A stretch of DNA of 64,000 bases, from contig CAVSBT010000015.1 in NCBI GenBank assembly GCA_963726245.1, positions 96,001-160,000 on the forward strand, in the 5' to 3' direction. The stretch is from an uncultured Chloroflexia bacterium. GTDB taxonomy: Bacteria > Chloroflexota > Dehalococcoidia > DSTF01 > JALHUB01. Positions 43,275 to 53,063 of this stretch are shown here, in pieces; the stretch's first letter is position 1; every line of letters begins with the position of its first letter. The notes beneath the pieces are model-generated. The model saw only the letters and a list, made by a program, of their open reading frames with translations. It did not search any database and was not told the DNA's origin. The position numbers and the translations under genes are program-made.

Positions 43275-44078
43275 ATGTCAGACTTATTGGGAGGCATCAA
43301 GGACACGCTGGGGGAACTGGACGCCCGCAGCGTCTTCGATATCCTCCTCATCGCCGCCATCTTCTACTGGCTGCTGCTCCTGCTGAGGGGCACGACGGCC
43401 ATGAGCCTGTTGCGGGGCTTCGCCATCCTTCTCATCGCCGCTGTCATCCTCGCTCGGCTGCTCGATCTGCGCGTCCTCAACTTCCTGCTGCGCAACTCGG
43501 TCATCGGCCTGGCCGTGGCCATTCCCATAGTCTTCCAGCCGGAGCTCCGCCGCGCCCTGGAGCGGGTGGGAAGGGCCGGCGTCCGGGCCTGGCTGGGCCG
43601 GCCCGGCTATGACGTCCTCATCGGTGTCGTGGCCGATGCCGCACTGGGCCTCGCCGAGCGCCGCCATGGCGCCCTCATGGTCCTTGAGCGTGACACGGGG
43701 CTGCAGGACTACATTGACACCGGCATAAGGGTGGATGCCGCTCCTTCGGCGGAGCTGCTGGAGGGCATCTTCTTCCCCAGGTCGCCCCTGCACGACGGCG
43801 CCGTTATCCTCAGGGCGAACAGAGTGGTGGCGGCTGCCTGCACGCTGCCGCTGTCGGAGGACTCCTCTGGAGGCCGGATGGGCCTCCGCCATCGAGCCGC
43901 CCTGGGCATCACGGAGCGCACCGACGCCATCACGGTGGTGGTCTCTGAGGAGACGGGCGAGATAGCGCTGGCCGCCAACGGCCGGCTGGTGCCACGACTA
44001 GACGAGACGCGCCTTCGCGCTACCCTTTCCAGCCTGCTGAGCCAGCCGGAACCGGCTGCCGTGGACGGTCGAGGGTAG
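43275..44078 (+). CDS. cdaA: Membrane diadenylate cyclase CdaA
   Basis: Three TM segments, FQPELRRALE, SPLHDGA, GLRHRAALG and VVSEETG. Confidence 0.95.
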   Translation: MSDLLGGIKDTLGELDARSVFDILLIAAIFYWLLLLLRGTTAMSLLRGFAILLIAAVILARLLDLRVLNFLLRNSVIGLAVAIPIVFQPELRRALERVGRAGVRAWLGRPGYDVLIGVVADAALGLAERRHGALMVLERDTGLQDYIDTGIRVDAAPSAELLEGIFFPRSPLHDGAVILRANRVVAAACTLPLSEDSSGGRMGLRHRAALGITERTDAITVVVSEETGEIALAANGRLVPRLDETRLRATLSSLLSQPEPAAVDGRG

Positions 44079-44102
44079 CGTCGGTGGCGAGGGAGTAGGG
44101 TC

Positions 44103-45359
44103 GTGCTGCGTTCTCTGTCGGCATTCGGCAGGCTGGTCGCCCTGGTCTTCGGGAGGGGCTTCGGTACGCTGAGGGCCAACATAGGCCTCGGGCTCCTCTC
44201 GCTGGCCCTCGCCGTCAGCGTGTGGGCGTTCGTCACCGGAGAGGAGAACCCAACGCGCACGGACTGCTTCCCCGGCGACATCCCGGTGGAGACAGTGAAC
44301 GTGCCGGAAGGGCTGGCTATAGCCGGTCTATCGGACGCAGCGGTCAGCGTCCGTGCTTCGGCGCCCCAAGACATCTGCGATCAACTTACCGCGGGAGACT
44401 TCCGGGCCGTCGTTGACCTCTCCATAGCGAGAGCCCGCGAGAACACGGTGACGCTGCGCGTCTCCAGCACACGAAACCGGGTAGATGTGGCCGAGACGAA
44501 TCCGCCACAGGTCAACGTCACGCTGGAGCCTCTGACCACCAAGGTGGTGCCGGTGACGGTGAAGCTGATCGGCTCGCCGCCTTTGGGCTACGCCACGGTG
44601 CCGGGAAAGACCACACCCGAGCAGGTGGAGGTGACGGGTGCGGAGAGTCTGGTGGCCTTGGTGGAAGAAGCCGTGGCTGACGTGAACGTGCAGGGGGCGC
44701 AGGTGCCCCTGGAGGAAACGATTCCGCTCGTGCCTCGGGATAGCCGCGGCGGCGACATAGAGGGCGTGACCCTCAACCCGAGCACGGCGGACGTGGTTGT
44801 TCCCATCGTGCAGCGGGAGATCACGCAGGCTTACGTCGTGACGCCGCAGGTGCGCGGCACCCCCGCTGACGGGTTCGACGTCACGTCGGTGGGCGTGGAG
44901 CCGGCCTTCGCCGTGCTCACGGGGACAATCGAGGCCCTCCAGTCGCTGACGCTGGTGACCACCGATGAGGTGGACGTGGACGGGGCCGCCTCGGACGTGG
45001 TGCGGGCGGCGAAGCTGCAACTGCCGCCGGGCCTGACCGCGGCGGGCGGCGACACCGTCACGGTGCGCGTTTCCATCTCGGCTGCCCGAGGGGAGATCAC
45101 CCTTGGGCTCACCCCCACCATCAATGGCGTGGGGCCAGGCCTGCGGGCGGAGCTAGCTACCGCCCTGGTGGAGGTGCGCGTCGCAGGCGAGATACCGGTG
45201 CTACGCGCACTCTCGCCGGCCAGCCTGACGGCGGTCGTGGACGCCTCGGGACTGCAAGCCGGACAGCATGACTTGTCGGTACAGGTGACGGCGCCGCCGG
45301 GCGTCCAGGTGGTGGGCGTGGAGCCGGCCACCGTGACCGTCACGTTGAGCGCATCATGA
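44103..45359 (+). CDS. cdaR: CdaR/YbbR regulator
   Basis: SLALAVSVW TM anchor, repeated beta-rich YbbR domains (GY...PEQVEVTG), directly after cdaA. Confidence 0.85.
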   Translation: MLRSLSAFGRLVALVFGRGFGTLRANIGLGLLSLALAVSVWAFVTGEENPTRTDCFPGDIPVETVNVPEGLAIAGLSDAAVSVRASAPQDICDQLTAGDFRAVVDLSIARARENTVTLRVSSTRNRVDVAETNPPQVNVTLEPLTTKVVPVTVKLIGSPPLGYATVPGKTTPEQVEVTGAESLVALVEEAVADVNVQGAQVPLEETIPLVPRDSRGGDIEGVTLNPSTADVVVPIVQREITQAYVVTPQVRGTPADGFDVTSVGVEPAFAVLTGTIEALQSLTLVTTDEVDVDGAASDVVRAAKLQLPPGLTAAGGDTVTVRVSISAARGEITLGLTPTINGVGPGLRAELATALVEVRVAGEIPVLRALSPASLTAVVDASGLQAGQHDLSVQVTAPPGVQVVGVEPATVTVTLSAS

Positions 45360-46714
45360 CCGGTGTCGCTTCCCAGGGCGGCCCGCCGGCTCAGACGGCG
45401 GCAGCGCCGGTGGTGGCCATCGTCGGCCGCCCCAACGTCGGCAAGTCCGCCCTCTTCAACCGCATGGTCCGGGGGCGGGTGGCGCTGGTCGAAGACATCC
45501 CCGGCACCACGCGCGATCGCCTGTACGGAAACGTCGAGTGGCGGGGGCACGTCTTTCGCCTGGTAGACACCGGCGGCCTGGATGTGGAGGCGCGCACCTC
45601 CCTCTCGACCCAGGTGCGGCAGCAGGTGCAGGCCGCCGTCGACGAAGCCCAGGTAATCTTGTTCGTGGTCGACTCGAGCGAGGGCGTCACGGCTGCTGAC
45701 CTGGAGGTGGCCGATATCCTCCGTCGCACGGCGAAGCCGGTCCTGATGCTGGCCAACAAGGCGGAGAGCAAGGCGCGCCGGGATGGCGCGGTCGAGTTCT
45801 ACGAGCTGGGCCTGGGCGAACCCCTTGCGGTCAGCGCTCAGCACGGCATGGGCGTGGCCGATGTCATGGACCTCCTCATCGACATCCTGCCGCCGGGGGC
45901 GGCCGGCGAAGAGGCCAGAGCCCTGCGAATCGCCATCGTTGGGCGGCCTAACGTAGGCAAGTCGATGCTCCTGAACGCTGTCCTGGGCGAGGAGCGGGTG
46001 ATAGTGAGCGAGGTGCCGGGCACCACCCGCGACAGCATAGACACGCCGTTCGAGTACGCCGGCCAGCGTCTTGTACTGATCGACACGGCAGGCATCCGGC
46101 GACGAGGACACGTCGAGAGGGGGCTGGAGAAGCACTCTGTCCTCCACGCCGAGCGCGCCGTCGAACGGGCGGACGTGGCCCTGCTTGTGCTGGAGGGACC
46201 AGAGGGTGTGATGGCCCAGGACGCGCACATCGCCGGCTACGTGTCGGAGGCCTTCTGTGGCCTGGTGCTGGTCGCCAACAAGTGGGACCTGGTAAGCGGC
46301 AACGGCTCGAACCGCAAGGAGTTCGAACGCGTCACCCGCCAGCGGCTGCGCTTCGCCGCCTGGGCGCCCCTCTGTTTCGTCTCCGCCAAGGAGCGCACCG
46401 GCCTCCCGGCTCTGCTGGAGCAGACCCTCCGTGCCGGCCAGGAGCGGCGCCGTCGCATCCCGACGGCGGAGCTGAACGCCCTCGTGCAACGGGCGACAGC
46501 AGAGAAGCCGCCCCCGACGTCGGGCAGCAGGCGGCTCAAGCTCCTCTACGTCACGCAGGCGGAGGCGGCGCCGCCCACCTTCGTCTTCTTCGTGAACGAC
46601 GCCACGCTGATGCACTTCTCCTACCGCCGTCACCTGGAGCGTGTCCTGAGAATGGCCTATGGGTTCCAGGGCACTCCACTGCGCCTGGTCTTCCGCAGCA
46701 GGGGAGGGCATTAG
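45356..46714 (+). CDS. der: Ribosome biogenesis GTPase Der
   Basis: Two GRPNVGKS/GTTRD/DTxG domains and C-terminal PPTF...GFQGTP. Confidence 0.97.
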   Translation: MTGVASQGGPPAQTAAAPVVAIVGRPNVGKSALFNRMVRGRVALVEDIPGTTRDRLYGNVEWRGHVFRLVDTGGLDVEARTSLSTQVRQQVQAAVDEAQVILFVVDSSEGVTAADLEVADILRRTAKPVLMLANKAESKARRDGAVEFYELGLGEPLAVSAQHGMGVADVMDLLIDILPPGAAGEEARALRIAIVGRPNVGKSMLLNAVLGEERVIVSEVPGTTRDSIDTPFEYAGQRLVLIDTAGIRRRGHVERGLEKHSVLHAERAVERADVALLVLEGPEGVMAQDAHIAGYVSEAFCGLVLVANKWDLVSGNGSNRKEFERVTRQRLRFAAWAPLCFVSAKERTGLPALLEQTLRAGQERRRRIPTAELNALVQRATAEKPPPTSGSRRLKLLYVTQAEAAPPTFVFFVNDATLMHFSYRRHLERVLRMAYGFQGTPLRLVFRSRGGH

Positions 46715-46715
46715 C

Positions 46716-47357
46716 ATGTGGTGGGCCTTCCTCGTCACAGCGGTTATCGGCTACTTGCTGGGGTCGCTGCCCCTGGGCCTCGTGGCCGGCCGGCTGGCGC
46801 GGGGGATCGACATTCGGGACTTCGGGAGCGGGAAGACTGGCTTCACCAACGCCCTCCGCACCATAGGCTTCCGAGCTTCCCTGCCGGTCCTGGTGGGCGA
46901 CTTGGCCAAGGGTGCGCTGCCGGTGGTCATCGCCCGACTCCTCTCCGATAACGCCTACGTTCAGACCGTGGGCGGGCTGGCAGCCATCGCCGGCCACGAC
47001 TGGCCAGTCTTCGCCGGGTTCCGTGGTGGACGCGGCGTCACGACGTCGTTCGGGGTGTTGCTGGGCATGAACCCGCTGGTGGCGATGGCCCTGCTGCCCA
47101 TCGGCGTTGCCATCGCGCTGATCACCCGCTACATGTCCGTGATGTCTATCTCCGGCGCCGTGCTGGCTGCCGGCGTGCTCGTCGGCCTGGCGGCGGCGGG
47201 AGTGCTACCGGTGGCGTATGCCGTGTACGCCGGTCTGGCCGGAGCCCTTATCGTGGTCCTCCACCGAGAGAACATCCGGCGTCTCCTGGCGGGCACGGAG
47301 CCCAAGATTGGACGGGGCGGGGGAAGGCGGGCCGAGCAGGTGAGGGGGAGTCTGTGA
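46716..47357 (+). CDS. plsY: Glycerol-3-phosphate acyltransferase PlsY
   Basis: GYLLGS, DIRDFGSGKTGFTNALR, GHDWPVF..FRGGRGV and HRENIRRL..GTE. Confidence 0.95.
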   Translation: MWWAFLVTAVIGYLLGSLPLGLVAGRLARGIDIRDFGSGKTGFTNALRTIGFRASLPVLVGDLAKGALPVVIARLLSDNAYVQTVGGLAAIAGHDWPVFAGFRGGRGVTTSFGVLLGMNPLVAMALLPIGVAIALITRYMSVMSISGAVLAAGVLVGLAAAGVLPVAYAVYAGLAGALIVVLHRENIRRLLAGTEPKIGRGGGRRAEQVRGSL

Positions 47358-47470
47358 CAGGGGCGGGGCAGGACGTGGGACAGGGCGTGGCAGCGCTCGA
47401 TGCGCCGGCAACCCAGGCAGGAGCAAGCTGCCATTTCAAGGTGACGGGGCTCCTTCCCTCTCGCTGTAAA

Positions 47471-47500
47471 TTGACATCCCATTTTGCGCCTCGCTAGACT
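47471..47500 (+). promoter_or_regulatory. Promoter of the HEAT-Nudix-GNAT genes
   Basis: TTGACA-18 nt-TAGACT. Confidence 0.45.
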
Positions 47501-47521
47501 GGATAGAGAAGGCAAGAGGCC

Positions 47522-48445
47522 GTGCCCGTCGAAGAATATCTACCAGAGCTTGTCGACTCCTCTGCTCCCCTGGCGGTGGCCAGGCTCGTCAACCTCTCCA
47601 GCCTGACCCCGGAGGAAGTCCCTGCCTTCGAGGACGCCTGGCGCAGCGTTGATGTTCGCCGCCGCCGCCGGGTGGTGCGAGAGCTCATCGAACTGGCCGA
47701 AGATAACGTTGAGCTCGACTTCGATGCCGTATTCCGGGTCGGCCTCTCCGATTCCGACGCCGAGGTTCGTCGCTTCGGTATTCGCGGGCTCTGGGAGTAC
47801 GAGGGGAGGGACCTCATACCGATGCTGGCGGCTCTTCTCCTCAGAGATATGGACGAGACCGTGCGAGCAGAGGCAGCCCTGGCTCTGGGCCGCTACGCCC
47901 TGAAGGCTGAGTTCGATAAGATCAAGGCCTCGGATGCGGGCATCGTCGACGACGCGCTGCGCGAGGCGATCGCCGATCCCGAGCAAGCAACGGAGGTCAG
48001 GGCCCGCGCCGTGGAGGCGGTTGGAGCCCGCTGCCAGCCGTGGGTTCCTCCAATCATCGAGGACGCCTATCACAGCGGCCAGCATCGCCTGCGGGTGGGT
48101 GCCCTTCACGCCATGGGTCGCAACTGCGATAGCCGGTGGCTCTCCACCCTGCTGCAGGAGCTGAAAAGCGAAGATGCCGAGATGCGATACGAGGCCGCCA
48201 CAGCCTGTGGCTCGCTGGGCGATGAGGCGGCGGTGCCACACCTGCTGCCCCTGCTCAAGGACGATGATGCGGAGGTCCAGGAGGCGGCCATACAAGCCTT
48301 GGGTCAGATCGGTGGACAGGAGGCGAAGAGGGCCCTGGACGACTGCCTCGCCAGCCCACAGGGGCATGTCCGCGATGCAGCTCTGGACGCCCTCGCCGTT
48401 TTGGACTTCGGAGAGGATCCGCTGGCTTTCAAGCTGCGTGGATAG
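47522..48445 (+). CDS. HEAT-repeat protein
   Basis: Repeated DxDxEVRxxAxxALG units. Confidence 0.85.
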   Translation: MPVEEYLPELVDSSAPLAVARLVNLSSLTPEEVPAFEDAWRSVDVRRRRRVVRELIELAEDNVELDFDAVFRVGLSDSDAEVRRFGIRGLWEYEGRDLIPMLAALLLRDMDETVRAEAALALGRYALKAEFDKIKASDAGIVDDALREAIADPEQATEVRARAVEAVGARCQPWVPPIIEDAYHSGQHRLRVGALHAMGRNCDSRWLSTLLQELKSEDAEMRYEAATACGSLGDEAAVPHLLPLLKDDDAEVQEAAIQALGQIGGQEAKRALDDCLASPQGHVRDAALDALAVLDFGEDPLAFKLRG

Positions 48446-48453
48446 ACGCTCAC

Positions 48454-48930
48454 TTGGCTAGACGCGTTTCCCAAAAGCTCAAGACAGAGCAGGCCACTTC
48501 AGCGGGCGGCGTCGTCTACCGGCGCGGTCCCTCCGGGATCGAGGTGGTCCTTTGCGGCAGGGACCAGGACGGCCTCTGGAGCCTGCCCAAGGGTGGGCCG
48601 GAGCCGGGCGAGGACCTGCCGGCGGCCGCCGTCCGCGAGGTGGCGGAGGAGACGGGCCTCTTGGTGGCCATCGAACGGGAGTTGGGCAGCATCAGCTACT
48701 GGTTCGTGGGTGAGGGCGTCCGCTATCACAAGACGGTGCACTTCTATCTAATGTCGGCGAGCGGTGGCAGCACCGACCAGCACGATCGGGAGTTTGATCG
48801 CGTGCAGTGGTTCCCGGCGGACGAAGCGCTGGATATCATGACCTACCCCGGCGAACGCGGTATGGTCGAAAAGGCGCTGGAGCTGCTGGCTGCCTCGCCG
48901 CCGGCGGCCGCCGGAAGCGGAGGACCTTGA
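48454..48930 (+). CDS. NUDIX hydrolase (Ap4A hydrolase-like)
   Basis: SAGGVV, WSLPKG..EPGE...AAVREVAEETG and HKTVHFYLM. Confidence 0.9.
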   Translation: MARRVSQKLKTEQATSAGGVVYRRGPSGIEVVLCGRDQDGLWSLPKGGPEPGEDLPAAAVREVAEETGLLVAIERELGSISYWFVGEGVRYHKTVHFYLMSASGGSTDQHDREFDRVQWFPADEALDIMTYPGERGMVEKALELLAASPPAAAGSGGP

Positions 48931-48934
48931 GGCT

Positions 48935-49681
48935 ATGACTTCCGTCGTCCGCGGCGAGGTCGTTCGCGGCGCCAAGGTGGTGCTCCGCGAGAAGCGGGCC
49001 TCGGACGCTGCCGCCGACTACGCCTGGCGCAGCGACCCGGAGATGGCCCGCTTCGACGCCGCCCGCCCATTCAGCGCGTCCTTCGACGACTTTCGTGCTC
49101 TCTATGAGGAAGAGCTGGCCTACTCCACCCCATTCCGCCGCACCCTCGCCATCGAGGATCAGGAGGGGCGGCACATCGGCAACGTCATGTACTACAACAT
49201 CGACCATGCCCGCGGCGAGGCTGAGCTGGGCATCACCATCGGCGTCCGCGAGTACTGGGGCCAGGGCTACGGCACCGACGCCGTGCGCACCTTCGTGCGC
49301 CACCTCTTCACGAACACGACGCTAAGGCGGGTCTACTTGAAGACCCTGGACTGGAACCAGCGGGCCCGTCGTTGCTTCGAGAAGGCTGGTTTCGTGGTCT
49401 ACAGCACCACGCGTCGCGGCGGAAACGACTTCACCCTCATGGAGGTGCGCCGGGAGTGGCTGACGGCGGGTGATGAAGGGGCCGCCGGAGAGAAGACACC
49501 GAAGCCTAAGGCTGCGGTGGGAGCGCCGGAGCATGGTCATGAACAGAATGGGCCGTGCATGCCCCTAGGGGCTGCAGGAGCTGCGCCTCAAGCATCTGTC
49601 CCACGGGTGGCCGACACAGGGGTCGGCCCCTACGAGCTTCATCACCGCCTTCGGGTGCGGGGCGAGTGGCTACTTCCGTGA
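48935..49681 (+). CDS. RimJ/RimL-type GNAT with a ~70 aa repeat-derived tail
   Basis: HIGN, AELGITIG..EYWGQGYGTDA and NQRARRCFEKAGF; domain ends ~49460. Confidence 0.85.
   Translation: MTSVVRGEVVRGAKVVLREKRASDAAADYAWRSDPEMARFDAARPFSASFDDFRALYEEELAYSTPFRRTLAIEDQEGRHIGNVMYYNIDHARGEAELGITIGVREYWGQGYGTDAVRTFVRHLFTNTTLRRVYLKTLDWNQRARRCFEKAGFVVYSTTRRGGNDFTLMEVRREWLTAGDEGAAGEKTPKPKAAVGAPEHGHEQNGPCMPLGAAGAAPQASVPRVADTGVGPYELHHRLRVRGEWLLP
49462..49653. mobile_element. MITE-like insertion containing a GTAG-type REP
   Basis: Flanking 18-bp direct repeats (15/18), inner GGTGATGAAG/CTTCATCACC inverted repeat, and REP GTAGGGGCCGACCCCTGTGTCGGCC on the minus strand (49609-49633). Confidence 0.55.
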
Positions 49682-50101
49682 AGGCAGCGCCACTGTCGCC
49701 GTGCCCGGCGAAGTCTTCTGCCCCTCGGGGTTCTCCGTCCAGATCTCCAGCTCGACGAGGTTCTCGCCGCCCTGCTGCCGTCGTGCCGTCACGACTCCAC
49801 GGCAGGTGATGTCCTGCTTTGGGACGTCCATGCCGCGGTACTGGCAGCCGAACTTCTTGACGCGACCCTTCGCGCCCGCCCAGTCGTGGAGCATCTGGCC
49901 CAGGAAGGCGTGCTTCAGGGCGCCGTGGACGATGAGCCCCTTCAGACCGTTGGCTTGGGCGAAGTCCCTATCGTAGTGGATCTGGTAGAAATCGCCTGAG
50001 CCGGCAGCCCACATCACGAGCTGCTGGGTGCTGCAGTTCTTGACGAGCTTCGTTATCTTGTCGCCATCCTTGACGTCTTCGAAGTAGACTTGCTCGGCCA
50101 T
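49670..50101 (-). CDS. MaoC-family (hotdog) dehydratase subunit
   Basis: SGDFYQIHYD..FA..GL..LIVHG hydratase-2 motif. Confidence 0.9.
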   Translation of the reverse strand: MAEQVYFEDVKDGDKITKLVKNCSTQQLVMWAAGSGDFYQIHYDRDFAQANGLKGLIVHGALKHAFLGQMLHDWAGAKGRVKKFGCQYRGMDVPKQDITCRGVVTARRQQGGENLVELEIWTENPEGQKTSPGTATVALPSRK

Positions 50102-50147
50102 GGTAACTCCCCTTCGTGATTCGAAATGCGCGACGCTGGTCGGTCAG

Positions 50148-50621
50148 CTAGTACTGAATGCCCGTGCCTCGTAGGATAGCGACGACCTTGCCCTTCTGGT
50201 TCCGGTATGTGGTCTCGATGCGGATCAGGAGCATGGGACCCATGCCTCCCTGGCGCTCCGAAAGGTCGGCGATCTTGTGGGTCGAAGTCAGCACATCGCC
50301 GGCGCAGATGTCCTCGTCGAAGTACTCCACCTCATTCCCGCCGTTGAGGACTCGTGTGAAGGGGGACTTGAAGCTGAAGTAAGGGTTGTCGGGCGGTAGC
50401 TCGGGGTTGAAGACCGGCGTGCCCAGGTAGCCCGGTGGGCAGGGCAGGTCGCGGTAGCCCCGGCGACGGGCCTCCTCAACGTCATAGTAGACGGGGTCGG
50501 TGTGGCCGACAGCGCGGGCGAACATGCGGATGGCGGTGCGGTCGACCTCCGCCGTCTGGGGCTTGGACTCCTTGCCGATGACGGCCCGCATCTCGTCCGT
50601 GATGACAGAGGATTGGGTCAT
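50148..50621 (-). CDS. MaoC N-terminal/FAS1-like hotdog partner subunit
   Basis: VDRTAIRMFARAVG..DPVY, LNGGNEVEY, ICAGD and YRNQKG. Confidence 0.85.
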   Translation of the reverse strand: MTQSSVITDEMRAVIGKESKPQTAEVDRTAIRMFARAVGHTDPVYYDVEEARRRGYRDLPCPPGYLGTPVFNPELPPDNPYFSFKSPFTRVLNGGNEVEYFDEDICAGDVLTSTHKIADLSERQGGMGPMLLIRIETTYRNQKGKVVAILRGTGIQY

Positions 50622-50773
50622 GGTGCACCTCCTTGGTTGTCAGAGGGGTGGCTTGGGTGAACGTATCCGGGAGGCGGACGCGCGGTGACGAGAATACATC
50701 GGGCCCTCGGCAGTGTCAACGAACCTGCCGCCCGTCTCGCGCTCTCAAGCGTGGGGTCGAGCAAGCTCGACCC

Positions 50774-51451
50774 CTACGTGGCTGTTAGGGTGTCCTCGGC
50801 TTCGCGAGCCGGCCGTGCGGCCAGGTCCACGGCGTGGAAGCGGCCCGCCTTCAGCTCCTCGATGAGACCGCGGATGTCCTCTATTTGGCGCTCGAAGTAG
50901 GTGGCGCAGCGTCCGATGTGGCCGCTGGCGTGGGAGTCGGTGCCGGCGGTGCCCGCCATGCCCATGAGCTCGCAGAGGCGGGCCGCGAAGGCGTTCTGCT
51001 CGACTTTGCCGCGGCCGTTGATCTTCTCGACGGCGACGCAGTAGCGGTACGCGGGGTTGTGACTGGCCCGCGCCAGCGCCTCCTCGTACTCGCGCTCGTC
51101 GTCGACGTGCCAGGGCATCTGGCGCCGGTAGGGGTGAGCGGCCACCATCACGCCGCCCGCTTGCTCGACGACTTCCGCCAGCTTGTGGCAGCGGTGCATG
51201 CCGTAGACGTAGCTATCGATGCCGTAGGCCAGGATATGGCCGCCCTCGGTGTTGACCTCGATGCCGTGTAGCACGAGGAAGCTGTGGCGCCGGCCCAGTT
51301 CGCGCACCTCCTCCGGCTCCCAGCAGAAGTCATGTTCACTGAGGACGATGCCGTCCAGCCCGGCGGCGCGCGAGCGCTCGATGAGCTCGTCGGGGGTGAG
51401 GCTGGCGTCCCAGGAGCGAGGCCGCGTGTGGGTGTGCAGGTCGATGAGCAT
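50774..51451 (-). CDS. PHP domain phosphoesterase
   Basis: IDLHTHT, SEHD, GIEV, GHIL, AAHPYR and GTDSH. Confidence 0.9.
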   Translation of the reverse strand: MLIDLHTHTRPRSWDASLTPDELIERSRAAGLDGIVLSEHDFCWEPEEVRELGRRHSFLVLHGIEVNTEGGHILAYGIDSYVYGMHRCHKLAEVVEQAGGVMVAAHPYRRQMPWHVDDEREYEEALARASHNPAYRYCVAVEKINGRGKVEQNAFAARLCELMGMAGTAGTDSHASGHIGRCATYFERQIEDIRGLIEELKAGRFHAVDLAARPAREAEDTLTAT

Positions 51452-51654
51452 AGGCGGTGGCAGTGAGCAGGCCGGCCAGCAGGCCGGCCCGCGGCTTGTT
51501 TTCGGTTGTCCTATCTTACTATCACGTGAGGGTGAGATTCTGTCAACCGCTGTCGGCTGCCGAACGCCCGGTAGTTCTTGGAGGAGCCATCGGGCCTTTG
51601 CGGCGTGCCCACTGCTTGACCCCTCAGGTGCGCGGTCGCTATTCTGGCGAGGCC

Positions 51655-52981
51655 ATGCCCTCTCAGTCCGCAGATCGACCCAGCGCCCGCAAGGGCCCGC
51701 TCTACCAGGCGCCGCGCGGCACCTCCGACGTGCTCCCCGCCGAGCAGCCCTACTGGCGGCTGGTGCGGGACACGGCGGAGCGCGTCTGCCGCGCCTTCGG
51801 CTATCAGCGCATCGACACGCCCACCTTCGAGGACGCGCGCGTCTTCCTGCGCGGCGTCGGCGAGGGCACGGACATCGTCGAGAAGGAGGTGTACCTCTTC
51901 GAGGACCGGGGCGGCGAGAGGATGGCCCTCCGGCCGGAGGGCACCGCCAACACCTGCCGCGCCTACCTCCAGCACGGCATGCACGTGCTGCCGCAGCCCG
52001 TCCGCCTCTACTACGTCTCGCCCATCTTCCGCTACGACCGCCCCCAGGCCGGCCGCTACCGCGAGCACACCCAGCTCGGCGCCGAGGTCATCGGCGACGG
52101 CGACCCGCTGGTCGACGCCGAGAACATCGACCTCCTCTGGACCTTCTACAGCGCCCTGGGGCTGCGCGGCCTCACCCTGCACCTGAACAGCATCGGCGAC
52201 CGGCGCTGCCGGCCCGGCTACCTGCGCACCCTGCGCGCCTACTACGTCGACAAGCTGGACCGCGTCTGCTCCGACTGTCGCGTCCGCTACGAGAAGAACC
52301 CGCTGCGCCTCCTCGACTGCAAGCAGAAGGGGTGCCAGCCGGTCATCGCCGGGGCGCCGCCCATCACCGATTCGCTCTGCGACGACTGCGCCGCCCACTT
52401 CGAGGGGTTGCGCGACTACCTGGACGGGCTGGGCATCGCCCACAAGCTCAACCCGCGCCTGGTGCGGGGCATGGACTACTACACGCGCACCGTCTTCGAG
52501 TTCCAGCCCGCGCACGGCGGCGCCCAGAGCACCGTCGGCGGCGGCGGCCGCTACGACGGCCTCATCGAGCTGCTGGGAGGCCCGCCGACGCCCGGCACCG
52601 GCTTCGGCACCGGCTTCGAACGCATCATCCTCAACCTGAAGCGCCAGGGCCTGGAGCCGCCGGACGACACCCGGCCCCTCGTCTACGTGGCCCACCAGTC
52701 GGAGGGGGCGCGCCGCGAGGCGCTGCGTGTCGCGAGCCTCCTGCGGCGGCAGGGCGTGCCCGCCATCGTGGCCGTCGGCGAGCGCAGCCTGAAGTCGCAG
52801 ATGCGCCAGGCGGACGGCCTCGGCGTCGCCTACACGGCCATCCTGGGCGAGCGGGAGACGGCCGCGCGGGACCGTCCTTCTCAAGTCGATGGCCGACGGC
52901 AGCCAGCGGGAGCTGCCCCACCAGGTGGCGCTGGACTTCCTGCGCCGGGCCGCCGAGCAAGAGACGCCGCCCAAAGCGTGA
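51655..52981 (+). CDS. hisS: Histidine-tRNA ligase, frameshift near 52865
   Basis: PRGT.D, TPTFE, LRPEGTA, FRYDRPQAGRYR, VRGMDYY and GGGRYDGL. Confidence 0.96.
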
Positions 52982-52991
52982 CATTCCCCCC

Positions 52992-53019
52992 TTGACAATC
53001 GCTGCTGCTGGCGTATACT
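52992..53019 (+). promoter_or_regulatory. Near-consensus sigma70 promoter
   Basis: TTGACA-16 nt-TATACT. Confidence 0.6.
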
Positions 53020-53063
53020 CCTGATGGTTCGGGCGCGCGGTCGCATCCTGATGGGGGTGGCAA

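Noticed and set aside
47358-47470. Structured ncRNA (e.g. SRP) after plsY
   Set aside because: Only a weak GGCAGC/GCTGCC pairing and no conserved SRP loop motif
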